A DNA stretch of 36,616 nucleotides from Spirochaetia bacterium (GTDB taxonomy: Bacteria > Spirochaetota > Spirochaetia > CADAEX01): positions 1-36,616 of the forward strand of contig CAXXHA010000006.1 of the NCBI GenBank assembly GCA_963662265.2, read 5' to 3'. Below the pieces are notes generated by a model. The model made no database searches. It saw only the letters and a list, made by a program, of their open reading frames with translations, and was not told the origin of the DNA. This document shows positions 10,001-18,573 of the stretch, piece by piece (position 1 is the stretch's first letter; the number at the start of each line of letters is the position of its first letter). A program made the translations under genes and the position numbers.

Positions 10001-10762
10001 AGAAACACCCTCTTCTCCTGCAGAAAAAAGCCTTTTTCTGACATCCTCTTCAACCCTGTCGGCTTCCGCCTTGATAGTGTCGGAGATATCATCAATATAA
10101 TTTTTAATATCGCTGACAGTCTCGTTTTTAACATTATCCCTCTCATTCAGAAGTTCTGTCATGTGATCGGCAAATTTTGAAACATGCTCTTCTGCTGATT
10201 CTATACGGGATTTCAGTTCTGATGATTTTTTATCAATATCATTGAAAACAGAAGCTTTTACTGCTTCAAAACTGTCACTGTTGTATTTTTCAAATTTATC
10301 AACAATTGAGGGGATTCTCTTATCAAGCTTTTCAATTCCTGAAGCAGCTTCCTTTATCTTTTTTCCTACTGTATCGACAAATATTGATTCATCATGCAGC
10401 TTTTTTAAATTATCATCCACACGGTGAGTCATATCGGCCAGTTCCTTGAGAACTGCATCGTAATTGTCTATTCTTTCATGGATTGCTTCTATTTCACCGG
10501 CTCTTTCAGAAAGCTCAGTCCCTCTCTGTTCAATCCTGTTATATACTTCTTTTACTGTTTTCTCATGAACATTCAGTTCAATTGAAAGATCTTTGAGTCC
10601 CATTGCTTTTTCTTCAACAATTGCATCAAGTTCCTCTTTAATCCTGGTAAAATATTTCTTCATCTTATCAAGACTTCTGTTATTGAGATCAATCTGTCTG
10701 TAAACTGCAAGAATTATAAGAACTATTGCTATTGTGAGCAGGTTTCCCAACGTAAAAAGCAT
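7034..10762 (-). CDS. Large membrane-anchored spirochaete coiled-coil protein (SpiroCoCo-like) with a C-terminal HTH-like motif
   Basis: N-terminal TM followed by YRQID..NRSLDKMKKY, more than 1100 aa of E/K/D-rich heptads, and the C-terminal GWSPDNIAQATGLSRGEVELIL. Confidence 0.8.
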   Translation of the reverse strand: MLFTLGNLLTIAIVLIILAVYRQIDLNNRSLDKMKKYFTRIKEELDAIVEEKAMGLKDLSIELNVHEKTVKEVYNRIEQRGTELSERAGEIEAIHERIDNYDAVLKELADMTHRVDDNLKKLHDESIFVDTVGKKIKEAASGIEKLDKRIPSIVDKFEKYNSDSFEAVKASVFNDIDKKSSELKSRIESAEEHVSKFADHMTELLNERDNVKNETVSDIKNYIDDISDTIKAEADRVEEDVRKRLFSAGEEGVSISEEVLSKFKTHIDERADDINADITGNLALLEGRIKEYYDKINSEVSDFENRVGGKSGELQTLRNDILELDDKVHALIDNSAEQLSELEGKRTEIKEGFLSKITEDVESRVADFRESLLEIENIFKDRFSHIEDKTRDFENTHFSHLQDEITAKAEGVKEEALTRCSDIEKRILNRYEELFNDLNSFENSLDVKDGRLDELKKEVTRIEDTVSERFEAFNNDVSLLERKKEQFSDLFSEKLENEMKARITDFTEKTEVIENRSLSRVEDNVSEYEKNLIYRVESLENIENDIEKLDENLKVMLGSVSDRLRDDLKSFEVALEAEKNEQKEKLENDFSDIRDTLGALEDKLSELKQKAYENVTEKLQVFEDDFFADIKVRSENMQKELVKWQTGVEDRIEKISVEKLGVREEIENKYIEDLKEQVSDLYEKAKIQFQKSESNISLLNSDVVERIDTTDRNIKDFAESVNREIDDIKVASSNRFNKEFAEYHTGLDEKLRQYEKDMDGRLNLFTETIENNKKDLLDNIDSTRSDMQIWHANVEQNLKETEGDLSDQVNKIRNELMAYLETVKNEYSEQKNELVNDSLAVREGFQNRLAELGAEITRLGEDLDEKSRTAIEKLKNDSSIFMIDFQKKTRELEQEIDNKIKEFRTGVQEVREKTEVSEKKLLGKIAESAKILNVTLEEIDKKQKNFITQTKIFERADSLKLSLQEKIEDLKGEIIKVDAQSKDIKAAERKFDSIRKLGDEVSKKLSRFLSEKRRIDDMEGDFKKLLNMSQAVDIKLDQITGVYDNLQENEAKLRSFDNLFGTVAEKFERLEKKEGILEATTDGVDRNFQTLSDIEKVLKEVIESVEILPMRLNEIDNRVKRIGLEKGEADTVIDKLKDLSSMVDDVEERMEKIQNAREWLARTETRLEDAGKKAEDNIKLLGSLLEKDKKGKKSGKGGAPSLDKREMVVKLAHQGWSPDNIAQATGLSRGEVELILEIMPNK

Positions 10763-10784
10763 AAATTAACTCCAAATTATTAAA

Positions 10785-11456
10785 TTACGATATTTTTTCC
10801 AGAACAAAATTCCTGAGATCCCGGTAATTTCGGAATGTAAGGTCTGCCTTACTGCCGGATCTTTTTTTTCTGCTGAAATGCGCAGTCATCATTCCCGCGC
10901 TGCCGGCTCCCATTATATCATAAAGATAATGATTACCAACATAAATTATTCTGTCAGTGGGGATATTTAGTTTTTCAGAAGCTTTCTGAAATGCATCTTT
11001 CTTAGGTTTAAGTGTTCCCATTTCATCAGCAGACATGACAATATCCCAGTATTCATCAAGCTCGAGAAATGAGAGTTTCTTCTTGACAGGAAAATCAGAT
11101 ATAACTCCCAGTTTGAGCCCTGAAGACCGGAAATCCTCAAGAACACTTTTTACAACCCTGAACGGCTTTATCCAGCTGAACATGTCAACAAACTGCCCGT
11201 AAATATATTTTTCAAGTACACGTGCAGCCTCATCAATACTTACACCAAGATCGGCAGCCATAATGACAGCCTGCTGATGCTGGAAATTTTCTATATGATC
11301 AATTTTACGGACTTCCTTCCTCATCCTCTGAAAACATCTTGCTATATGGGGATGGCGGAAAAAGAACAGTACGGAGATAATATACATCTTGTAGTTGGGG
11401 TAGAGAGTACCGTCAACATCAAATAATACAGCCTGTATTTTTCTGTCTTCTATCAT
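10785..11456 (-). CDS. HAD-superfamily hydrolase
   Basis: Motif I FDVDGTLY, motif II VISD, motif III KP and motif IV VGNHYLYDIMGA. Confidence 0.9.
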   Translation of the reverse strand: MIEDRKIQAVLFDVDGTLYPNYKMYIISVLFFFRHPHIARCFQRMRKEVRKIDHIENFQHQQAVIMAADLGVSIDEAARVLEKYIYGQFVDMFSWIKPFRVVKSVLEDFRSSGLKLGVISDFPVKKKLSFLELDEYWDIVMSADEMGTLKPKKDAFQKASEKLNIPTDRIIYVGNHYLYDIMGAGSAGMMTAHFSRKKRSGSKADLTFRNYRDLRNFVLEKIS

Positions 11457-11650
11457 GCTTATTTTTAACTCAAATAACTGCTATTTGCAATATCCCTGTT
11501 TTTAATAAGGGAATCTTTAAAAATTTTATGTTTTTATTATTCATACCTGACTGCAGACTCATGTGCGACAAAATTAGTCTTCAAATTTCAGTTCCGTTTT
11601 TTCAGGAATTATCATTGAATAGAAGTTAAATAATTTACAGAGGAATTGTA

Positions 11651-12944
11651 TCAGTTCGCAGTTTCAGGAAGTATAAATGCAGTATCAGCCTTTATCTTAA
11701 CAAGATGAATGTAATTATTCTTATACCGTTCAATAAAAGCATCTATATCGGTTTTCCGGTTTCTTTCAAATACTTCGGGAACAAATTTTCCATTTCCGGA
11801 AAAAACGGGAAACAGGGCCGCAACATGAAAATGCTGCCTCAGTACAGGGGATTTTCCGAAATCTCCGTTTACAGAAGCAAGGTAGAAATAGCCTGGATCA
11901 TTTTTAGCACTGTAATATAAAATAGATTTCAAGTCTGATACCTGATATCCCCTGTCATGAATATATCTGCTGAAAGGATAATTTCTCAAATCCGCTTTGC
12001 CGGGATCAGATGAGCTGTCATGTCCTGAATCAAGTTCTGATATTTTTATAGCAATATTTCTTGTCCAGTCAAGTCCGAAATAGGGATCCCTCTCCTCTTC
12101 AAGAATTGAATTAAGCAGGGTTGCCCTTTTGTCGATATTTTTCCTCTTCAGAGTTTCAACATCCATGAGTTTCCGTTCTGATGCATAATAAAGACCGTCA
12201 CAGATCCATTTTACAAAACCGGAACAGTTGAAACCGGATGATTTTTTTCTGGCCTGACATTGAATCGATAAAGACGAAATTCCCGTTTTCATCCTGTGCG
12301 CCGTCATCTGAATCCCTGAGATCGGACAGTCTGTCCTGAATTTTACTGCTGATGTTTTTAAGCTTGCTGTTTGAATCTGCATCAAACTGACGGCTCAGGA
12401 AACTCCAGTCAACCATATATTCGGAAAGTTCCACAATCCTGTCAAATGGGGACAGTACAAGCTCATTTATGGAAACAGGAATCAATATATCCCTGTATAC
12501 AGGAGAACCATAGAACATCATTTCAAGAAGTGTTTTACCTTTTCTTTCTGTTATCTTCAGATATGTATCTTTTGATTCTTTAAGAAATATTTTTATCTGG
12601 GTAATCCTGCCGCTTTGAATATCCCTCTTGATTATATATGTTCCGGGAGAGACAGCCTTGAAAGTATCAAGATCGCCGTTTATGAAGAGGAAATAATAAT
12701 CTGATCCTTTCTTGAGAACACTGAAACGGACAAGATTTCCGGTAAGGAAAGATTCGCTTACAGCAATTTTCTGTTTTTCTATTTCAGAATTTGCCCCGAA
12801 GATAATGTTCCGGAATTCCCTTCTGACTTCATAATTATCAGGAATAATTCCCTGCCCTGTTTCCAGATCTATGGAATAAAGACCTGAAACAGACAATAAT
12901 GAGAAAAAAAATAGAAATATTACTGGTCTCAGCTTTCCTTCCAT
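11651..12944 (-). CDS. Exported protein with an NlpC/P60-like GFNCSGF motif, frameshifted (one extra A at 12242-12248); about 430 aa when corrected
   Basis: ORFs 12198-12944 (signal peptide) and 11651-12385 join at CAG-A7-TCA. Removing one A gives ...DDGAQDENGNFVFIDSMSGQKKSSGFNCSGFVKWICDG..., with RQHFHVAALFP further on. Confidence 0.75.
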
Positions 12945-14296
12945 ATTTTTCTAGTTTCTTTCAGTGAGAGTTCCACAGGTATTGAAGCAACCCCGAAACT
13001 CTTTCTTATTTTATTCTTGATATAGGAAACATAAAATGCAGGGAACTTTTTTGATTTATTTACAAACAGAACAAATTTAGACGGGTTTGCACTTGTCTGA
13101 GTCATATACCTGATCTTATATCTTACACCGCTGACAAAGGGGGGAGGATTATCTTCAACCCATTCCTTGAGTGCCTTGTTCAGTGATGATGTTGAAACAC
13201 GGGTATTCAACTGCCTCCATACCTTGTAAACAGTCTTAAGAAGCTCATCTATACCTGTATTTTCAAGCGCGGAAATCGGGACTATGGGTGCAAACTCAAG
13301 AATTGGAAAAAGGAACCTTATCCTGTCTTCAACAGCATTTATCATATTTGGGACCTTTACAAGCTTGTCCCATTTATTCAGAACTATAATTACCCCTTTA
13401 CCCTTCTTAACAATCTGATTAGCAATTTTCTTGTCCTGCTCGGAAAGTCCTTCGACTCCATCAATCATGAGAAGGACAACATCAGCATCTTCAATAGTCT
13501 TAATCGCCCTGGAAACAGAATAATACTCAACATTTTCTGTAACCTTGTTTTTTCTCCTGATCCCTGCGGTATCCATAATCTGGTAATGAAGATCCCTGTG
13601 AACAAAATCACCTTCAACTATATCACGTGTTGTGCCGGGGATGTCAGAGACTATGGAGTTTTCCTTACCTGTCAGGAGGTTATTAAGTGTTGATTTTCCT
13701 GTATTGGGTTTTCCAAGAAGAGCAAGCCTGACATTAAACTCTTCATCTGTATAATCTTCTTCAACAATATCATATTTTTCTTTCAGAAAATCAGTAACAA
13801 GTTCTTCAAGCTCTCCGATGTTATATCCATGGGATGATGATATCCCTATAACATTTTCAAAGCCGTATGAATAATAGTTCCACATCTCATTTTCTTTTTC
13901 AGGATAATCAATCTTATTTACAACAAGAATAATCCTGTCATGGAACCGCCTGAGTTTTTCTATAAAAATCTCATCCTCGCCTGTAATTTCCCTTACATCG
14001 AGGAGAAAGAGAATAAGGTCTGCCTTCTCCATCATCTGAAGGCTCCTGTCTGTTACCAGGCTGTCAAGACCTTCCTGTTCGGCTTTTACTCCGCCGGTAT
14101 CTGTAAGCCTGACCCTCACATTGTTAAGTACGCATACCTCGCTTACAGGATCTCTTGTTACTCCGGGAGTAGGATCTGTAATTGATTTACGTTTTTTTAT
14201 AAATCTGTTGAAAAGTGTGGATTTACCTACATTAGGTCTTCCCGCAATAATCACTTCGGGAAGTTTTTTATTAGTTATCTGTTCCAAATCGTTCAT
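12929..14296 (-). CDS. der: Ribosome biogenesis GTPase Der (EngA)
   Basis: Two G domains (GRPNVGKS/DTGG/NKID and GKPNTGKS/DTAG/NKWD) plus a KH-like C-terminus. Confidence 0.97.
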   Translation of the reverse strand: MNDLEQITNKKLPEVIIAGRPNVGKSTLFNRFIKKRKSITDPTPGVTRDPVSEVCVLNNVRVRLTDTGGVKAEQEGLDSLVTDRSLQMMEKADLILFLLDVREITGEDEIFIEKLRRFHDRIILVVNKIDYPEKENEMWNYYSYGFENVIGISSSHGYNIGELEELVTDFLKEKYDIVEEDYTDEEFNVRLALLGKPNTGKSTLNNLLTGKENSIVSDIPGTTRDIVEGDFVHRDLHYQIMDTAGIRRKNKVTENVEYYSVSRAIKTIEDADVVLLMIDGVEGLSEQDKKIANQIVKKGKGVIIVLNKWDKLVKVPNMINAVEDRIRFLFPILEFAPIVPISALENTGIDELLKTVYKVWRQLNTRVSTSSLNKALKEWVEDNPPPFVSGVRYKIRYMTQTSANPSKFVLFVNKSKKFPAFYVSYIKNKIRKSFGVASIPVELSLKETRKIWKES

Positions 14297-16010
14297 TATA
14301 CCATTTCTCTAAATATTTCGTTATCTCTGTTCCGGATCCGATTTCCATAATTCTGCTTACAACATTCTCAGCTTCTTCAAACGATACATTTCTTATTATT
14401 TTTTTCACTATCGGAATACTTGATACACTCATACTCATTTCATCAATACCGAGACCAAGAAGTACAACTGTAGCTATAGGATCTCCTCCCATTTCTCCGC
14501 AGATACCGACAGGTATACCTTCTTTCTTTGCAGCATCGCATGTCATTTTTATGAGTCGGATAATTGCAGGATGAGACGGCTGATAGAGGTATGCAATTTT
14601 TTCATTGCCTCTGTCAATAGCAATTGTGTACTGAATAAGGTCATTTGTACCAATTGAGAAGAAATCTACTTTTTTAGCAAGGAATTCTGCTGAAAGTACT
14701 GCTGCAGGGACTTCAATCATTATCCCTATAGGAACTTCGCCGTTAAATTCCCTGCCTTCATTCTTCAGAGATTCTTTCACCTCTTCAATTATTTCAAGCA
14801 CATTATCAAGCTCTTCCGGTCCTGATATCATGGGAAACATTATCCTGAGATTACCGTAAACTGATGCCCTGTAAAGAGCTCTGAGCTGCCTCTTAAATAT
14901 TTCATGATTAGTAAGACAGAACCTGATACCCCGCCATCCGAGCAATGGATTCTTTTCATTGTGCTGTTCCATTCCCGGAAGTGTTTTATCTCCCCCTATA
15001 TCAAGGGTTCTTATTGTTACAGGGCGTCCATCCATTTCAAGAAGAACATTCCTGTATACTTCATACTGCTTTTCTTCATCCTTGTAATACTCAGACTGGA
15101 GAAGAAGGAATTCAGACCGGAAAAGCCCCACACCATCCGCATTGTGTGTTTTTACAGATTTAACCTCTTCAGGGACCTCTATATTTGCTTTTATTATAAT
15201 TTTCCTACCGTCTTCAGTTACAGCGTCTTTCTTAAAATACTTCTTGAGCTTTATATCAGCTTTTTTGTTTTTTTCAATTTCTTCGCGGTATACAGAAAGA
15301 GTTTCAAGATCAGGATCAATAACAACAACACCCTTGTTGCCGTCAATTATAACAGTATCTCCACCCTTAACCCTTTTTGTTATATCGGAAAGTCCCACAA
15401 CAGCAGGGATTTCAAAAGAACGTGCAATAATTGCAGTATGAGAGGTTTTCCCTCCCGCATCAAGAATAAGTCCTTTTACCTTCCTCTTGTCCATAATAAT
15501 TGCATCAGAAGGAAGAATATCATGGGCAGCAATTATGTGTTTATTTTCAAGATTACTTAAATTCAGCCTGTCCATGAACATGAGATTGTTCAGTACTCTT
15601 TTAGACACATCTTTGAGATCATTAGCCCTTTCCCGGAAATAATCATTATCAGAGGATTTTAATTTCTGTATAAGTAATTCTATGGTTTCGAAAAGGGCCC
15701 ATTCAGCGTTAATAAGATTTTCTTCCAGAGCCTCTTTTATCTGCCTTGTAAAATCAGGATCACTCAGCATAAGTATATGAGAATCCAGCAAAAGTATCTC
15801 CTTCTCACCCAAGCTGTCTGTTGTGAGATTTTTCAACACTTCAATTTCATGTACTGCCTTATCTACAGAACCGAGAAACCTTTTATATTCCTTTTCAACA
15901 TCTCCCTTTTTTATTTCATACCGGGGGATGTTGACACTTTCTTCAACATATAAAAAAACAGAACCGATATAAATACCAGGAGAGGCTGAAATTCCTTTGA
16001 TTATTTCCAT
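14271..16010 (-). CDS. ptsI: PTS enzyme I (phosphoenolpyruvate-protein phosphotransferase)
   Basis: GISASPG, GGKTSHTAIIARS (phospho-His), GLFRSEF, RTLDIGGDK, SIGTNDLIQY and GICGEMGG motifs. ATG 16010 is preferred over TTG 16046, which is the -35 box. Confidence 0.96.
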   Translation of the reverse strand: MEIIKGISASPGIYIGSVFLYVEESVNIPRYEIKKGDVEKEYKRFLGSVDKAVHEIEVLKNLTTDSLGEKEILLLDSHILMLSDPDFTRQIKEALEENLINAEWALFETIELLIQKLKSSDNDYFRERANDLKDVSKRVLNNLMFMDRLNLSNLENKHIIAAHDILPSDAIIMDKRKVKGLILDAGGKTSHTAIIARSFEIPAVVGLSDITKRVKGGDTVIIDGNKGVVVIDPDLETLSVYREEIEKNKKADIKLKKYFKKDAVTEDGRKIIIKANIEVPEEVKSVKTHNADGVGLFRSEFLLLQSEYYKDEEKQYEVYRNVLLEMDGRPVTIRTLDIGGDKTLPGMEQHNEKNPLLGWRGIRFCLTNHEIFKRQLRALYRASVYGNLRIMFPMISGPEELDNVLEIIEEVKESLKNEGREFNGEVPIGIMIEVPAAVLSAEFLAKKVDFFSIGTNDLIQYTIAIDRGNEKIAYLYQPSHPAIIRLIKMTCDAAKKEGIPVGICGEMGGDPIATVVLLGLGIDEMSMSVSSIPIVKKIIRNVSFEEAENVVSRIMEIGSGTEITKYLEKWYNERFGTDN

Positions 16011-16017
16011 TGATTTA

Positions 16018-16046
16018 AATATAGATACTTTATCTATCATTGTCAA
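16018..16046 (-). promoter_or_regulatory. Sigma70 promoter of ptsI (probably leaderless), overlapped by a 7-3-7 palindrome
   Basis: TTGACA-17 nt-TATATT ending 7 nt before ATG 16010; ATAGATA-ctt-TATCTAT at 16021-16037. Confidence 0.7.
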
Positions 16047-16133
16047 ATATCAACTGGCGCAACACAGTTTCTCTTTTATATATAAAGATTTTATTGTAAT
16101 ATTGTATAGAAATACTATAAAAGAATAAGCATT

Positions 16134-16889
16134 ATGAAAAAAAACAATAAAAAAACAAATAAGAAATCTTCCCCGGCAGGCTGCCTGTTCTGGGTCGCAG
16201 TTATACTGCTTTTTATAATAATTTTTTTCCTCAATCACAAAGATATTGAACAGGTTATTTCTTCAACAGGATTCTTCAATTTATTTGACAGAGATACACA
16301 GGAAAAGCCTGTAGAAGTCGAAAGAATAACCGGGGAAAGGGAAAAACCAGTTGAAAAGGGAAATGAAATAATAATAGAACCTGAAAGAACCGCTGTAAAA
16401 CCTGCCGAACCGGAGACAAATACAGAAAAAGTTATCAAGCCAAAGATCCAGGAGCCTGATTTTAATTTCAGAGATACAAAACTCTATTTCATAAGCGTAA
16501 GTTCTGACGGTGGTGATATTTCCATGATAAATATCACGAGAAAAATTAAATACACAGATTCTCCTCTAACAGCAACACTAGATGCCCTTCTTGCGGGGCT
16601 TACCACATCTGAAATTAATTCAGGCTATATATCTCTCATACCGGACGACACACGAATTTCCGGGATCAGAATATCCGATGGTACAGCATATATAAATTTC
16701 AATGAGAATTTTCTCTTTAATTCTTTCGGACGGGAAGGATATATAGGTCAGCTTAAGCAGGTTGTTTACACGGCTACTGAATATTCTACAGTAAAAAGGG
16801 TGCAGTTTCTTATTGAAGGCAAAGTACAGAAATACCTGGGGTCAGAAGGAATATTTATAGGAAATCCGCTTTCAAGAAACTCTTTTTAA
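16134..16889 (+). CDS. GerMN-domain membrane-anchored protein
   Basis: Basic N-terminus and TM segment; LDALLAG, SLIPDDTRI, TAYINFNENF, QVVYTATEY and VQFLIEG motifs. Confidence 0.88.
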   Translation: MKKNNKKTNKKSSPAGCLFWVAVILLFIIIFFLNHKDIEQVISSTGFFNLFDRDTQEKPVEVERITGEREKPVEKGNEIIIEPERTAVKPAEPETNTEKVIKPKIQEPDFNFRDTKLYFISVSSDGGDISMINITRKIKYTDSPLTATLDALLAGLTTSEINSGYISLIPDDTRISGIRISDGTAYINFNENFLFNSFGREGYIGQLKQVVYTATEYSTVKRVQFLIEGKVQKYLGSEGIFIGNPLSRNSF

Positions 16890-17002
16890 CATATTTTCAT
16901 CACACCATAATATGCAATCCAGGATCTCTGTTGTTCCACATGCGTTACACATCGTTACCTGAACTGAACCGGGTAAACAGACTTTACTGAATATGCTTAA
17001 GA

Positions 17003-17779
17003 TTATTTTCCCGAGACAAGAACAGATATTTTCTTTTTTATTTCTTCATTATTTAAATACAAGCTGTCGGTAAGCAGTGCAAGAAATTCTCTATTCCCTT
17101 TTTTCCCTTCAATTGGGGATTCAATTATGTCTTTTACATAGACTTTCTCATCTGCAAGTTCATCTACAACTTTTTCCAGTATATCTTTCAGCTTTTCAGG
17201 ATCTTCAACAATCCCCTTAAAGTCCGGATCAGTGCTGTCTGCTTCAAATTGGGGTTTAATAAGAGCGATAAGTTTTTTTTCAGAAACAATCTGAATTATT
17301 CTTGCTGCAGCTCCTTTAATAGAGCGGAATGAAAGGTCTGCTGTACCGATATCAGGGACCGGATCAAGATTTTCTATTTTCATGATATTTTCCCGCTCAT
17401 GAACAAAAACCCGGCAGTCGCTTCTTAATTTATAATCAAGCTGGTTATATCCTACATCAACAGCATGTACACCGGCTGCTCCATACTGCAAAAGACAGTC
17501 TGTAAAACCACCTGTTGAGGAACCCGCATCAAGGATTATTTTGTTCGAAACATCAATATTCCAGTAGCTTAGAGCTTTTTCTATCTTGTAGCCACCACGC
17601 GAGACATATTTTTTTGTATTTATACTAATTTCAGAATCCGGGTTTACTTTAAATGAGGGGTCTTTAATTTTTTCATTATTTACAGTCACATTGCCGCACA
17701 GGATGGCAGCATAGTTTTCGTTATCACTTTTTTCCGGATACTTTTTTTTAAGCAGCTGGTAAAGAGATATCTTCCTCAT
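17003..17779 (-). CDS. tlyA: TlyA family rRNA 2'-O-methyltransferase
   Basis: S4-like N-terminus; YVSRGGYK, LDAGSSTGGFTDCLL, AVDVG, LIKPQFE and GKKGNREF motifs. Confidence 0.95.
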   Translation of the reverse strand: MRKISLYQLLKKKYPEKSDNENYAAILCGNVTVNNEKIKDPSFKVNPDSEISINTKKYVSRGGYKIEKALSYWNIDVSNKIILDAGSSTGGFTDCLLQYGAAGVHAVDVGYNQLDYKLRSDCRVFVHERENIMKIENLDPVPDIGTADLSFRSIKGAAARIIQIVSEKKLIALIKPQFEADSTDPDFKGIVEDPEKLKDILEKVVDELADEKVYVKDIIESPIEGKKGNREFLALLTDSLYLNNEEIKKKISVLVSGK

Positions 17780-18573
17780 GCAGGTTCATTTATTCTTTTG
17801 ATTGAAAGAGCTTTCCCTGTTTCCTTATCGATTTCAATAACAGCTCCATTAATCATTCCGTCTGTTTCCGCTATTTCCATTTTAAAAGGCATTTGAGTAA
17901 GTGACCGTTTTATAGCTGTTCCTTTTTCAGCACCGATAACTGATTCCTCCGGTCCTGTCATTCCGAGATCTGTTATATAAGCAGTACCGTTTTTCAGAAT
18001 CCTTTCATCAGCTGTCTGAACATGTGTATGAGTACCGGCAACAACACTGACCTTCCCGTCAAAATACTGGGAAAAAGCTTCTTTCTCCATCTGGGATTCA
18101 GCATGAAAATCAACAATTATAATTTTTGTATCAGAAGAGAGTTTTCGTATTATATCTCTGCCAACCTGAAAAGGACAATCCAGATTTGACATACTTTCAC
18201 GTCCTTCAAGATTTACAACACCTATTTTTATCCCTTTTTTTTCAACAGTGCAGAACCCTTTACCTTTCACCCCTTTTGGATAATTAGCAGGTCTCAGTAA
18301 TGTATCATCGCTTTCCAGAAGCGGTAATATTTCAGCTTTCTGCCAGACATGGTTCCCTGATGTGATAACATCTGCCCCGCCCTGGTAAATTGTCTCAGCT
18401 GTTTTCGGTGTAATTCCAAAACCATCTGCAGAATTTTCGCCATTAACAATAATAAAATCGGGATTTAATTTTTTTATAAGTTTTTTAAGCTGGAAAAATA
18501 CTATACGACATCCTGTCTGCCCGACGATATCGCCGAGCATCAGGACTTTTATGGAATTATCTTGCATATTCAA
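17776..18573 (-). CDS. ymdB: YmdB-like metallophosphoesterase (2',3'-cNMP phosphodiesterase family)
   Basis: GDIVG, NGEN, SGNH, VDFHAE, GTHTH and DLGMTG motifs; follows rny. The start could instead be 18567. Confidence 0.92.
   Translation of the reverse strand: MNMQDNSIKVLMLGDIVGQTGCRIVFFQLKKLIKKLNPDFIIVNGENSADGFGITPKTAETIYQGGADVITSGNHVWQKAEILPLLESDDTLLRPANYPKGVKGKGFCTVEKKGIKIGVVNLEGRESMSNLDCPFQVGRDIIRKLSSDTKIIIVDFHAESQMEKEAFSQYFDGKVSVVAGTHTHVQTADERILKNGTAYITDLGMTGPEESVIGAEKGTAIKRSLTQMPFKMEIAETDGMINGAVIEIDKETGKALSIKRINEPA

Noticed and set aside
16011-16046. 12-codon N-terminal extension of PtsI from TTG 16046
   Set aside because: It coincides with the TTGACA/-10 promoter, and enzyme I similarity starts at MEIIKGISASPG.
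16890-17002. Short direct repeats (CGTTAC x2, CTGAAC x2) between convergent GerMN and tlyA
   Set aside because: Too short to exceed chance; no convincing hairpin or RNA motif.
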